The position numbers and the translations under genes are program-made. A DNA stretch of 64,000 nucleotides. Source: Candidatus Enterousia sp. (GTDB taxonomy: Bacteria; Pseudomonadota; Alphaproteobacteria; Rs-D84). Of the stretch, positions 18,272-28,791 are shown piece after piece; the first letter of the stretch is position 1; the number at the start of each line of letters is the position of its first letter. Under the pieces are notes generated by a model. The model was not told the DNA's origin. It was given only the letters and a program-made list of their open reading frames with translations, and did no database searches. The stretch covers positions 81,714 through 145,713 of the forward strand of contig JAZRMF010000001.1 in NCBI GenBank assembly GCA_045647355.1, written 5' to 3'.

Positions 18272-20596
18272 CTACTTATCACGGACATGGGCTGGGCATT
18301 TCTTTTCCACCGCCGCGATTATGTCGCCGTGCAATTTTGCCAAATCGGCCTCTGACATTTTTTCGGTTGGGATTATTGTCACACTGAATGCCACAGATTT
18401 ATTGCCGTCCGACATTTCAAATGAATCAAACACCGTAATATCAGACACCATGTTTGATGCCCCACGTGCGGCAGACACCAAATTGGCCGCCGGGAAATCG
18501 TTTGGCACAATAAACGCGAAATCGCGCGATATCGGTTGAAAATCTGTTACCGGAATCTTTTGATATTTTGGATTCTTGGGCAGGTTTTCAATATCTTCGA
18601 CCAATCCAATAAACACGTTTGTTTTTATGTGCATTTGTTTTGCAACAGACGGATGCAACTGTCCAAATTCGGCCAGAACTTTCTTGCCTTGGACGATTCT
18701 GCCATATCTGTATGGATGCGCCCAAAGTGGTACATTATCTGTATCAATAGTATATTTCTGGGCACCAAGTAATGACACTAAATCTGATTTAACATCGAAC
18801 AAATCAACCGGTCTATTGCGTTTCAGCCAATGCTTTGGCGATGTCACACCACACCGGATAATGCATATTGATGTATGTTGCGCCCCCGGGGTATCACCAT
18901 CAAATACTGTTCCCAATTCAAACATGTTGATATCAGAAAATCCACGTTTTTCATTATTGGCAACCGCAATCAACAGATTTCCAATCAAACTATTACGTGC
19001 CGTATCCAAATCAACAATAATTGGATTCGCAACACTGATTATTGGCTTGTCTGTCACCAACTTTTCAACTTTTGAATTACCAAAACCAAAAGAAATCGTT
19101 TCGTTCAAACCACGATTCGCCAATTTTTGTTTCAATTCTAAATCAAAATCTTTATGCGTCGTGCTTGTTATGTCCTTTGGCATTTCTTTAAGGCCGATTT
19201 TTTCGTACCCATACATACGCACCAATTCAGACACAATTGTTTCAGCTATCACAATATCTGTTCTTTGCGGGTTTGGTGTGATTACCCAATCGCCGTTCTT
19301 GTTTTCCTTTATTTCGAAATGCAGTTTCTGCAAAATTTCTTTTTGTATTTTGGCATCCAGTTTTATACCCGTTTTCTGTTCCATCAAAGACGGGTTATAC
19401 ACTACGGATTCCGGTGTATAGGACGCACGTCCCGCGACACCAACGTTTACAATTTCACCACCACATTCATCCATTATTATTTTTGCAGCCATCGCCAATG
19501 CCGCACCCGTTCCATCTGGGTTGATACCACGTTCATAACGATATGAAGAATCTGTGGATATGCCGTATCTTTTTGATGATTTACGAACAGTAACTGGGTT
19601 AAAGTATGCCGATTCAAGGATGATATTTTTTGTATCATCGCTTGTGCAACTGCGTTCACCACCAACGATACCGGCCAATGCCAACACACCTGCATCGTCA
19701 CATATAACCAAATCTTTATCACACAGTTCGTAATCCGTTCCGAATAAATCTGTAAATTTTTCACCATTGTTTGCCATACGAACGGTTATATCACCAACAA
19801 TTTTATCGGCATCAAAACAATGCATAGGTTGTGCCAAATCATAACAAACATAATTGGTTGTATCAATTGGCGCATTCTTTGGATTTATACCCGCAGAAAG
19901 CAATCTTGATTGCACGGTTTTATTTGATGGCGCATTTTTTATACCGCGTATTTCACAGAAACGATACGTTGGGCATGCCTCTGGGGCAAGCAGGTTAACC
20001 TTGCGTTCACCCTTGATTGGTTTTAATTCATCAATTTTATTTTCAATGTATGTACCGGCACCCGCCGCAGACAAATCTAATGAGATTCCGCGCAAAGATA
20101 AATAATCTGGACGGTTTGGTGTAATAGATGTTTCAAAAACCGCACCCGCCAATCCACGTAACGCAGATATTGGTTGCCCAATAACCTCGGCCTTGTCATC
20201 TAATTCGATAATGCCAGTGTGGTCATCGTTTATGCCTAATTCGCGACCACTGCACATCATGCCATCAGACACAACCCCACGCAGTTTTCCAGATTGAATT
20301 TCATGACCTTCGATTATGCATCCTGGGGTGGCCAGCGCAGATATCAAACCAACACGTACATTTGGCGCACCACATACAACCTGACGCAATTTTCCAGAAC
20401 CATCGTCAACCATTAACACGTGCATATGGTCACTGTTTTCGTGTGGTTTGCATTCAACAATTTTTGCCGCAATTGGTAACACAGGTTCAGATAAATCTTC
20501 AACCTCTAACCCGATTGCCGTCAATTTATCCGCGATTTCTTGTGGGGTTAATTTTGTATCCAAATATTGTTTTAACCATTCATAAGACCATTTCAT
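18272..20596 (-). CDS. pheT: Phenylalanine--tRNA ligase beta subunit
   Basis: MKWSYEWL, VVCGAPNV, ITPNRPDYLS, LESAYF, YRYERG and FDX-ACB C-terminus (ISRDFAF). Confidence 0.97.
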   Translation of the reverse strand: MKWSYEWLKQYLDTKLTPQEIADKLTAIGLEVEDLSEPVLPIAAKIVECKPHENSDHMHVLMVDDGSGKLRQVVCGAPNVRVGLISALATPGCIIEGHEIQSGKLRGVVSDGMMCSGRELGINDDHTGIIELDDKAEVIGQPISALRGLAGAVFETSITPNRPDYLSLRGISLDLSAAGAGTYIENKIDELKPIKGERKVNLLAPEACPTYRFCEIRGIKNAPSNKTVQSRLLSAGINPKNAPIDTTNYVCYDLAQPMHCFDADKIVGDITVRMANNGEKFTDLFGTDYELCDKDLVICDDAGVLALAGIVGGERSCTSDDTKNIILESAYFNPVTVRKSSKRYGISTDSSYRYERGINPDGTGAALAMAAKIIMDECGGEIVNVGVAGRASYTPESVVYNPSLMEQKTGIKLDAKIQKEILQKLHFEIKENKNGDWVITPNPQRTDIVIAETIVSELVRMYGYEKIGLKEMPKDITSTTHKDFDLELKQKLANRGLNETISFGFGNSKVEKLVTDKPIISVANPIIVDLDTARNSLIGNLLIAVANNEKRGFSDINMFELGTVFDGDTPGAQHTSICIIRCGVTSPKHWLKRNRPVDLFDVKSDLVSLLGAQKYTIDTDNVPLWAHPYRYGRIVQGKKVLAEFGQLHPSVAKQMHIKTNVFIGLVEDIENLPKNPKYQKIPVTDFQPISRDFAFIVPNDFPAANLVSAARGASNMVSDITVFDSFEMSDGNKSVAFSVTIIPTEKMSEADLAKLHGDIIAAVEKKCPAHVRDK

Positions 20597-20611
20597 TTTT
20601 TTACCCCTTTA

Positions 20612-21568
20612 TTAAAATCCACTGTTTTTTAACCAACGCACATCTGAATCAGTAAATGCACGTATATCGTTTAGACCATATTTAACCATCGCCAACCTGG
20701 CCCAACCAAACCCAAATGCAAAACCTTGATATTTATTCGGGTCAACATTGCAGTTTTTTAATACGTTTGGATGAACCATACCACCACATAATAATTCCAT
20801 CCATTTATCACCGAATTTCATATCTATTTCAATAGATGGTTCTGTAAAAGGAAAGTAAGATGGACGTATGCGCAGTTCTACATCATCTTTTTCAAAAAAC
20901 TTGGATGCAAATGTTCGCATAGTTGCCAACATATCAGACAGGTTTATGCCTTTTTCTACTGTATCAATATGCAACCCTTCGATTTGACCGAACATTGCAG
21001 AATGGGTCGCATCCAATTCACGACGATAACACTGGCCAACCGAGAACATTTTAATTGGCACACCATTTTTTTCCATCGCACGAATTTGAACCGCGGACGT
21101 TTGTGTACGCATAACATTGCCATTCGGCAAAAAGAACGTATCTTGCATATCACGCGCAGGATGATATACCGGCATATTTAACGCGGTAAAATTATGCCAA
21201 TCGTCTTCGATTTCCGGCCCGGTCATTAACGTGTACCCCAAAGATTCGAAAATATCTACGACTTCTTTGAAACTTTGTGTCAATGGATGCAACGTACCAC
21301 GATTTTCTGGTTCTGAATCCAATGTTACATCAATATATTCACCGGCCAATTTTTCGTTTAATACGGCATTTTCTATTTCTGTCTGTTTATCTTTGAACAA
21401 TTGACGCAGCTCCGTATTTTCGGCATTAATGGCCGCACGTTCATCGTTTGACAATGTAGCCATAGACTTTAATTTCTGGGTCATTGTACCGTTTTTGCCG
21501 AACGTTGCGGTGTACAATTCTTGTAATTCTTGTAACGATTTTATATTTTTAATTTTTTCTTGTAACAT
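20612..21568 (-). CDS. pheS: Phenylalanine--tRNA ligase alpha subunit
   Basis: HPARDMQDTF, MRTQTSAVQIR, F.QIEGL, YFPFTEPS and GFAFGFG. Confidence 0.97.
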   Translation of the reverse strand: MLQEKIKNIKSLQELQELYTATFGKNGTMTQKLKSMATLSNDERAAINAENTELRQLFKDKQTEIENAVLNEKLAGEYIDVTLDSEPENRGTLHPLTQSFKEVVDIFESLGYTLMTGPEIEDDWHNFTALNMPVYHPARDMQDTFFLPNGNVMRTQTSAVQIRAMEKNGVPIKMFSVGQCYRRELDATHSAMFGQIEGLHIDTVEKGINLSDMLATMRTFASKFFEKDDVELRIRPSYFPFTEPSIEIDMKFGDKWMELLCGGMVHPNVLKNCNVDPNKYQGFAFGFGWARLAMVKYGLNDIRAFTDSDVRWLKNSGF

Positions 21569-21584
21569 TGATTCAACCTTTTAA

Positions 21585-21617
21585 TAAATATGGGGCCAAC
21601 TTACGCGGCCCCATAAT
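21585..21617 (-). terminator. Strong hairpin between rplT and pheS
   Basis: Minus strand TATGGGGCC-GCGTAAGTT-GGCCCCATA-TTTATT. Confidence 0.6.
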
Positions 21618-21649
21618 CATAAACAAAAAACAACCTGCCGCCAAGGGTT

Positions 21650-22015
21650 TTATTTATCCCCTGCGATAAATCGTTTTGCGGTTTCAATAAGTGTGGCGAA
21701 ATTCTTGTCGCCGGCATATGCCATTTCGGCCAAAACCTTGCGATCCAATTCAACACCGGCCTTGCGCAGACCATTCATGAATTGGCTGTATGTGATGCCT
21801 GATGGACGAACCGCCGCATTGATACGAACAATCCACAAACTGCGGAAATCGCGTTTTTTGGTGCGACGATCACGATATGCATACTGACCCGCTTTTTCTG
21901 ATTTTTCACGTGCGGCACGATACGTGCTGCTGTGGCGTCCAAGGAAGCCCTTGGCACGTTCCAAAATTTTATTGTGTTTTTGACGAACTGTTGTTCCACG
22001 TTTTACTCTTGCCAT
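21650..22015 (-). CDS. rplT: 50S ribosomal protein L20
   Basis: MARVKRG...[22 protein letters not shown]. Confidence 0.98.
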   Translation of the reverse strand: MARVKRGTTVRQKHNKILERAKGFLGRHSSTYRAAREKSEKAGQYAYRDRRTKKRDFRSLWIVRINAAVRPSGITYSQFMNGLRKAGVELDRKVLAEMAYAGDKNFATLIETAKRFIAGDK

Positions 22016-22027
22016 GATGCACCCCCA

Positions 22028-22231
22028 TTATTTCAAACCGTACGGCGCCAAGATTTTAGCCTGGCCGACCATGTTATCATTCAAATACTGCGGCTTTGTC
22101 CCCGCGTTATTTGCGCGTTTGGACTTATGCGTCAGACATTTGTGGTGAGCATTTCTGGCAACGCGGATTTTACCGGTTGCGGTCATAGATGCACGTTTCT
22201 TCATATATGACTTTGTTTTTAATTTTGGCAT
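22028..22231 (-). CDS. rpmI: 50S ribosomal protein L35
   Basis: MPKLKTKS..KKR...TATGKI; directly upstream of rplT. Confidence 0.95.
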   Translation of the reverse strand: MPKLKTKSYMKKRASMTATGKIRVARNAHHKCLTHKSKRANNAGTKPQYLNDNMVGQAKILAPYGLK

Positions 22232-22371
22232 TTTTTAACCTCTTGTTTATATATCCTGGTGGCAATGCCTTTGCCACTTTGGATGGTTCGATGGGCCTAT
22301 TTTGACATAATTTATGGAAAAATCAAGTTTTTATTGAATATTATTTTTTTTGCTATTAAACTGACGTCGAC

Positions 22372-23196
22372 ATGAACCCAAAGAAAGTATCTTCCAGATT
22401 ACACACCATTATAAAATCCGCTTTGGTCGCGGCGCTTTTACCAATCATACTTATATATATAGTGGTTGCAAAGCCTGATTATCGGGTTATGAATGGGGCA
22501 GCGCATATATTTTTGCCCATTGCCCATGGGGTTGGTAACTTTATTACGTGGCCAATCAGGGCGGGCGGTGATTTGATTAGAAATATTCATGATATTTCGA
22601 ACCTTAGGGCGGAAAATCAGGAATTACGTGCGCGTCTTGATATGGCATTGGCCAATAAAAACGAATGTGATGTCGCATTGGTTGAAAATAGACGCTTGGC
22701 CAATGAATTAGATATGAAAAGAAGTGTCGGATATGATACAGTGGTTGCAGATGTGGTATTGGATAACACCGCAATAAATCACGGAACGTTTTTAATAGAC
22801 CGCGGGGCAGACGATGGTGTCAAGGCAGGGATGGTTGTTGTATCTTTTGATAACACCATGGTTGGCATCGTTATAGATACGGGTATTCATTATTCACGCG
22901 TACGCGCATTAACCGATTCTAATACAAATATCGCGGTTCGTGTGGCGGGGTCTGATGTGTATGGTTTTTTACATGGCAATGGTTCAACAAGCCCGACAAT
23001 CGGTTTCTTTAACGACCCAAAATTTCAGGGCGGCAAGGGAACAAAACTTGTCACCAGCAGCATCAGCGGCATATTACCCCCAGAAATATTCGTTGGCACG
23101 ATGCAAAATACGTCCGAAGTTGATGTGGTATCGCCAAGTAAATTATCCAGTGTCATCGTGTTAAAATTTAATGTGAATCAGGAAAATTACAAATGA
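22372..23196 (+). CDS. mreC: Rod shape-determining protein MreC
   Basis: TM segment, coiled coil LRAENQELR, IDRGADDGVKAGMVV; first gene of the mreCD-mrdA-rodA block. Confidence 0.9.
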   Translation: MNPKKVSSRLHTIIKSALVAALLPIILIYIVVAKPDYRVMNGAAHIFLPIAHGVGNFITWPIRAGGDLIRNIHDISNLRAENQELRARLDMALANKNECDVALVENRRLANELDMKRSVGYDTVVADVVLDNTAINHGTFLIDRGADDGVKAGMVVVSFDNTMVGIVIDTGIHYSRVRALTDSNTNIAVRVAGSDVYGFLHGNGSTSPTIGFFNDPKFQGGKGTKLVTSSISGILPPEIFVGTMQNTSEVDVVSPSKLSSVIVLKFNVNQENYK

Positions 23197-23648
23197 AGCA
23201 AAAAATTATTAGATATTTGCAGATTATGTTTCCTTTTTTGCTTACGATTGCATTATGGCGGTTATCAAATCCGTGGATTAATCCGGCGGGGGTGCTTGCG
23301 ATTATTCCCATATTTTATTGTTCTTTTATAAAACCGATTCCATATTTTACGGCCTTTGCAATTCTGTTCTGTTTTTTAATAGATTATAATTTTGATACTG
23401 TTGTGTTTTGGACACTATTATATTGCGCGTACTATGCGGTTATGAATATTCAAACCGTTATCGATTTAACCCATACAAAAAAATACGGTCTTTATGCGTT
23501 TATGGTATTTTTTGGAATTGCAAGTGTTTCTATGATTATTTGGAATCTGGGTTGGTTTGGATTATTATTTGGGTTATTGATGTTTATTGTAACATGCGCC
23601 GTATATATTCCAATTGCATATTTAATCAAGGTGGTGTGTGATGATTGA
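23193..23648 (+). CDS. mreD: Rod shape-determining protein MreD (divergent)
   Basis: Highly hydrophobic multi-TM protein located between mreC and mrdA. Confidence 0.75.
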   Translation: MKQKIIRYLQIMFPFLLTIALWRLSNPWINPAGVLAIIPIFYCSFIKPIPYFTAFAILFCFLIDYNFDTVVFWTLLYCAYYAVMNIQTVIDLTHTKKYGLYAFMVFFGIASVSMIIWNLGWFGLLFGLLMFIVTCAVYIPIAYLIKVVCDD

Positions 23649-25413
23649 TACAGAAATATCAAAAATCTTTGACCGCCGCAGTGCATTGTTTCTAACAACA
23701 GGAATGATTCTTACATCTGCGCTTGTTCTGCGCATGTTGCAAATGCAGGTTTTTAACTATCATGATTACAAGAAAAAAAGTGAAAATAATTCGTTCCGTA
23801 TTCAGGTTAATATGCCTCAACGCGGAAATATCTTGTCAAAGTACGGAACCCCAATATCACATGATGCACCAATTTATCGTATCTATATAATTCCCGAAGA
23901 AACAGATGATTTAGAAGGTCTGGTCGCGACGGTTGCAAATGATTTAAACCTTACCCAGAAACGCGTTAATAAAATATGGCAACGTATAAAAAAGCAACAA
24001 AAATTCCAACCAGTATTGGTTAGTGAAAATACAAATTGGAACTCTCTTGCGGGGTTGCAGGCGAAAAACCTAAATGGTTTGCATGTCGAAAGTGGTTTTG
24101 CACGCGTGTATGAATTGGGACCGGCGGGTGCACAATTTTTCGGTTATGTTGGTGCGCCGGATAAACCCGTTGCAAATACCCCGTTTTATACACATGGAAT
24201 AACCGGATTAGAAAAAAGATTTAATAACGAACTGTCCGGTGTACCCGGTCAAAATGTTATGATAACAAACGCGGTTGGACGTGTTACGGGTGAAGATAAA
24301 ACACAATACAAGCCATCTGTGGTCGGTAAAGATATTCAAACAACAATTAATGACAATGTGCAACGGAAATTGTACGATGCGTTAACATTACATAAATCTG
24401 GATGCGGTGTCGCCATCGATATTGAAACTGGGGATGTTTTGGCAATGGCATCAACCCCAAGTTTTGACCCAAATGCTTTTGCCGGTGATGATGCCGAAGA
24501 ATATATTGCGGGCCTGCGTCAAAACTTTGCAAAACCATTTATGAACAAAGTATTCGAAGGACTTTATCCACCGGGTTCAACATTTAAAATTGTTGTTGCA
24601 CTTGCCGCATTAGAGGCCGGCGCAATTACACCAAACGAAACCGTATTTTGTCCGGGACATTGGGATTATGGTGACCGGCGATATCATTGTTGGGAAAGCA
24701 AGGGACATGGTCGCGTAAACCTTGTCGGTGCGTTGAAACATTCTTGTGACATTTATTTTTATCAAATGGCGTTGCGTATCGGTATAGATGCAATTAAACG
24801 TATGGCTGTGCGTTTGGGAATGACAGAAAAGTATATGGAAGATATTATATCAAAACAAATGCCGGGCGTTATCCCTGACCGCGAATGGAAGGAAACAAAC
24901 ATTGGTTCAAAATGGGTTCATGGGGATACTGTTATTTCTGGTATTGGTCAGGGATTCATATTGGTAAATTGCATGCAATTAGCGGTCATGATTGCACGTG
25001 CCGTATCAAACAAACGTGTTATTCCGCGCTTAATCAAAGATGATTCTGTTCCACAATTTGAAAGCATGGGATTGCAACAGAAAAACATTAAAATTGTTCT
25101 TAATGGTTTAGAAGAGGTTACTAAAAAAGGCGGTACCGCATCTGGCAGCGCCATAAATGTCAAGGGTGCAAAAATGGGTGGTAAAACCGGCACGTCCCAG
25201 GTACGCAGTATTTCACGCGCAGAACGTATATCTGGGGTATTGACCAACGAACAATTAAAATGGAATATGCGTAATCATGGGCTTTTTGTTGGATACGCAC
25301 CAACAAATGCCCCAAAATATGCCGTATGCGTGATTACAGAACATTCCGGTGGCAGTGGCAGTGCCGCGCGCACCGCCGCAAGTATAATGAAGGAACTTTT
25401 AACAAATAACTAA
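23641..25413 (+). CDS. mrdA: Penicillin-binding protein 2
   Basis: PQRGNI, YPPGSTFK (SxxK), SCD (SxN-like) and GKTGT. Confidence 0.95.
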   Translation: MIDTEISKIFDRRSALFLTTGMILTSALVLRMLQMQVFNYHDYKKKSENNSFRIQVNMPQRGNILSKYGTPISHDAPIYRIYIIPEETDDLEGLVATVANDLNLTQKRVNKIWQRIKKQQKFQPVLVSENTNWNSLAGLQAKNLNGLHVESGFARVYELGPAGAQFFGYVGAPDKPVANTPFYTHGITGLEKRFNNELSGVPGQNVMITNAVGRVTGEDKTQYKPSVVGKDIQTTINDNVQRKLYDALTLHKSGCGVAIDIETGDVLAMASTPSFDPNAFAGDDAEEYIAGLRQNFAKPFMNKVFEGLYPPGSTFKIVVALAALEAGAITPNETVFCPGHWDYGDRRYHCWESKGHGRVNLVGALKHSCDIYFYQMALRIGIDAIKRMAVRLGMTEKYMEDIISKQMPGVIPDREWKETNIGSKWVHGDTVISGIGQGFILVNCMQLAVMIARAVSNKRVIPRLIKDDSVPQFESMGLQQKNIKIVLNGLEEVTKKGGTASGSAINVKGAKMGGKTGTSQVRSISRAERISGVLTNEQLKWNMRNHGLFVGYAPTNAPKYAVCVITEHSGGSGSAARTAASIMKELLTNN

Positions 25414-25418
25414 ATAAA

Positions 25419-26564
25419 ATGACAAAACAGACACGTGTTTCTAATGCGAATATGATGACCTTTTCAGAAAAACTGGAACGGTTTTCTTGGGTGATGTTTG
25501 CACCAATGTGTTTGATATTGGTTATATCCGAAGTTGTCCTTTATTCCGCCGGTGGTGGTTCGTGGCAACCTTTTGCATTGTCGCAATTATTAAAAATAAT
25601 TATGGGTATGGCCGTGTTCTTTGTTGCCGCATTTACGAACATAAAATTCTGGTTAAAGTCGGCATATACTATTTATGCTATTGCGGCGATTCTTATTGTT
25701 CTGGTTACATTTGTTGGACATACAGGTATGGGGGCACAACGGTGGTTAAACCTTGGGTTTATACATATTCAACCATCAGAATTGTTTAAAATCGCACTTG
25801 TTATGGCATTGGCACGGTATTTTGCGTGGATGAATTCGGTGGAATTAAGCAAATTTAAAAATTACCTGGTGCCGACGTTTATGATGTTGATTCCATTTGG
25901 ATTGGTTGTTATGCAGCCGGATTTAGGTACGGCAATTTCAATTGCGCTTATAACACTTGGGATGTTTTATATTGTTGGTGCCAATAAAAAATGGTTCATT
26001 ATTGGGGCAATTCTTGCGGTTATGGCCGCGCCAGTTGTTTGGTTTGGTGGCATGCACCAGTACCAGCGTGAAAGAATTATCACATTTTTAGACCCGGACC
26101 ATGACGCCAAAGGTGCAGGTTATCAAATTAACCAGGCAAAAATTGCTTTCGGCAGCGGAGGCCTTATCGGTAAAGGTTATATGAACGGTTCCCAATCCCA
26201 GCAATCATTTTTACCAGAAAAACAAACTGATTTCATATTTACCATGCTTGGTGAAGAATTCGGGTTTTTTGGTGCATTTACAATAATTTTCATATACACA
26301 ATCACCATTATCATATTGTTTTGGGCGGCAAAAACATGCCGAAACAGGTTTGGGCAATTGGTCTGTTTTGGTTTTATGTTGAACTTTTTCATTTATTATT
26401 TTATAAATATCGCTATGGTGTTGGGTATGGTTCCAACCGTTGGTGTGCCATTACCACTTATGTCCTTTGGGGGCAGCAGTCTATTATCACTGATGTTCGG
26501 ATTTGGACTTTGCGAGAATGCACATATACATAAAGACCAACAATTATCGGCCAAAGGAAGTTAA
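25419..26564 (+). CDS. rodA: Rod shape-determining protein RodA
   Basis: GAQRWL, QPSELFK, QPDLGT, PEKQTDFIF and PLPLMSFGGSS. Confidence 0.96.
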   Translation: MTKQTRVSNANMMTFSEKLERFSWVMFAPMCLILVISEVVLYSAGGGSWQPFALSQLLKIIMGMAVFFVAAFTNIKFWLKSAYTIYAIAAILIVLVTFVGHTGMGAQRWLNLGFIHIQPSELFKIALVMALARYFAWMNSVELSKFKNYLVPTFMMLIPFGLVVMQPDLGTAISIALITLGMFYIVGANKKWFIIGAILAVMAAPVVWFGGMHQYQRERIITFLDPDHDAKGAGYQINQAKIAFGSGGLIGKGYMNGSQSQQSFLPEKQTDFIFTMLGEEFGFFGAFTIIFIYTITIIILFWAAKTCRNRFGQLVCFGFMLNFFIYYFINIAMVLGMVPTVGVPLPLMSFGGSSLLSLMFGFGLCENAHIHKDQQLSAKGS

Positions 26565-26565
26565 A

Positions 26566-28791
26566 ATGAATCTACTTATTGTTGAATCTCCGTCAAAGGC
26601 AAAGACAATTGAAAAATACCTTGGAAAAGGTTGGCGTGTTATCGCGTCTGTTGGTCATGTACGTGATTTGGTTCCCGAAAACGGCAGTGTCGATACCGCA
26701 CATAATTTTGAAATGCATTGGCAAATTATGCCGGGCAAAGAAAAACAAATTAAACTTATCACAGACGAAGTTAAAAAGGCCGATGCAGTGTATCTGGCAT
26801 CCGATCCTGACCGCGAGGGAGAGGCCATTGCATGGCATATATTGGATATATTAACATCAAAAAAATTACTTGGTAAAACACCGGTATACCGTGTTGCGTT
26901 TCATGAAATTACAAAAAACGCCGTCACAGATGCGATTGCACATCCGCGTGAAATAGATTCTAATTTGGTTGATGCATACCTGGTACGGCGCGCATTAGAT
27001 TATTTAATTGGGTTTGAAATATCGCCATTGTTGTGGCGTCGGAATCTTGGCCGGTCGGCGGGTCGTGTGCAATCTGTGGCGGTAAAATTGGTTGTTGACC
27101 GCGAACGCGAAATAGAAGATTTTAAGCCGGTTGAATATTGGTCTGTTGCAGCAGATTGTGATTTGAATAAATCGTCCTTCGCGGCGAATTTGGTGTCATT
27201 CAATGGCAAAAAAATTGAAAAAATGACATTGGGCAGCAAGCCAGATGTTGATGCGGTGTTATCAAAACTTGTTGCGCCACTCTCTGCGAAAATATCAAAT
27301 ATAGATAAGAAAAAATTATCTTATCGGCCATATGCACCGTTTACAACCAGTACTTTACAACAAGAGGCCGCACGTAAACTTTATTTCTCATCGAAAAAAA
27401 CAATGTCTGTTGCACAAAAATTGTATGAAAACGGATTTATTACGTATATGCGTACCGATGCAACAAACCTCTCGGCCGAGGCAGTTGGTGAAATAAGAAA
27501 CTTTATCGGTAAAAATTATGGTGATAAATTCTTGCCTAAATCACCAAATGTTTATGTAACAAAGTCTAAAAACGCCCAAGAAGCTCACGAAGCAATTCGT
27601 CCAACACACTTTGATGGTAATGCGGGCGAATTGTCGGGTGATGAAAAGAAACTGTATGATTTAATATGGAAACGTACAATTGCATGTCAAATGACAAATG
27701 CAGAATTTGATTCTGTTGGTGCAGATATTACAACAAACGATAATATTGCAACATTCCGCGCGGTTGGGCGTACACGTACGTTCGATGGATTTATGAAGGT
27801 CTATATCGAAGACAAAGATGATGGTGATGATGAAACTGATGCAAAATTACCAGTTATGAATATTGGTGATAATGTTACAATTTCTAAATTAAATACTGAC
27901 CAACATTTTACACAACCACCGGCACGTTATACCGAAGCATCACTTGTGAAAAAAATGGAAGAACTGGGAATAGGGCGCCCATCAACGTATGCAACGATTA
28001 TGTCAACCATTGTTGATAGAAAATATGTTGAACAAGACAAGCAGCGTCGGTTTCACCCAACATCTGGTGGTTGGGTTATTGCAGCGTATTTGGCAAAGTA
28101 TTTTACAGATTTGGTTGATGTTAATTTTACCGCAAAAACCGAAGATACATTGGATGATGTTTCAAATGGTAAAACAAATAAACTTACCGCTTTAAATGAT
28201 TTCTGGGGCGATACAGAAAATATGATTTCTGGGGCAAAAGGAGTAAAAACAACAGATATCATTGATGAAATAAATCGGTTTATGAATAAACATCTGTTTG
28301 GTGAATCTGGTGATAAATGCCCAAAATGCGGTGGAAAACTGGGGATAAAATTATCCAAATATGGCGCGTTTATTGGTTGTGAAAATTATCCAACATGCGA
28401 TTATACAAAACGTTTGGGTGTCGAAGATTTGGTCGAAAACAAAAACGAACCTCTTGATTTGGGCGATGGTATATCTTATCGTACAGGCAAATTTGGGCCG
28501 TATGTGACGGATGGCAAGAAAAACGCATCTGCAAAAAAATATACACGCGATACCATTACACAGGAAATTGCAAAAGAATTATTATCTGGGGATAATAAAA
28601 AGGCCGACCCAATTGAAATCGGTAAAAATCCTGCAACAGATAAAATGATTTATTATTATCCAACCGGACGTTATGGCGCATATATATCTTCGAACAAGGT
28701 AAACGTCAGTGTCAAAGAACAACCAGATTTGGCAACCGCAATTGAATTAATAAACAATAAAAAACCGACAAAAAGATTTAGTAAAAAATAA
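26566..28791 (+). CDS. topA: DNA topoisomerase I
   Basis: LLIVESPSKAKTI, ASDPDREGEAI, SAGRVQS, ITYMRTD and C-terminal Zn ribbon. Confidence 0.97.
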   Translation: MNLLIVESPSKAKTIEKYLGKGWRVIASVGHVRDLVPENGSVDTAHNFEMHWQIMPGKEKQIKLITDEVKKADAVYLASDPDREGEAIAWHILDILTSKKLLGKTPVYRVAFHEITKNAVTDAIAHPREIDSNLVDAYLVRRALDYLIGFEISPLLWRRNLGRSAGRVQSVAVKLVVDREREIEDFKPVEYWSVAADCDLNKSSFAANLVSFNGKKIEKMTLGSKPDVDAVLSKLVAPLSAKISNIDKKKLSYRPYAPFTTSTLQQEAARKLYFSSKKTMSVAQKLYENGFITYMRTDATNLSAEAVGEIRNFIGKNYGDKFLPKSPNVYVTKSKNAQEAHEAIRPTHFDGNAGELSGDEKKLYDLIWKRTIACQMTNAEFDSVGADITTNDNIATFRAVGRTRTFDGFMKVYIEDKDDGDDETDAKLPVMNIGDNVTISKLNTDQHFTQPPARYTEASLVKKMEELGIGRPSTYATIMSTIVDRKYVEQDKQRRFHPTSGGWVIAAYLAKYFTDLVDVNFTAKTEDTLDDVSNGKTNKLTALNDFWGDTENMISGAKGVKTTDIIDEINRFMNKHLFGESGDKCPKCGGKLGIKLSKYGAFIGCENYPTCDYTKRLGVEDLVENKNEPLDLGDGISYRTGKFGPYVTDGKKNASAKKYTRDTITQEIAKELLSGDNKKADPIEIGKNPATDKMIYYYPTGRYGAYISSNKVNVSVKEQPDLATAIELINNKKPTKRFSKK

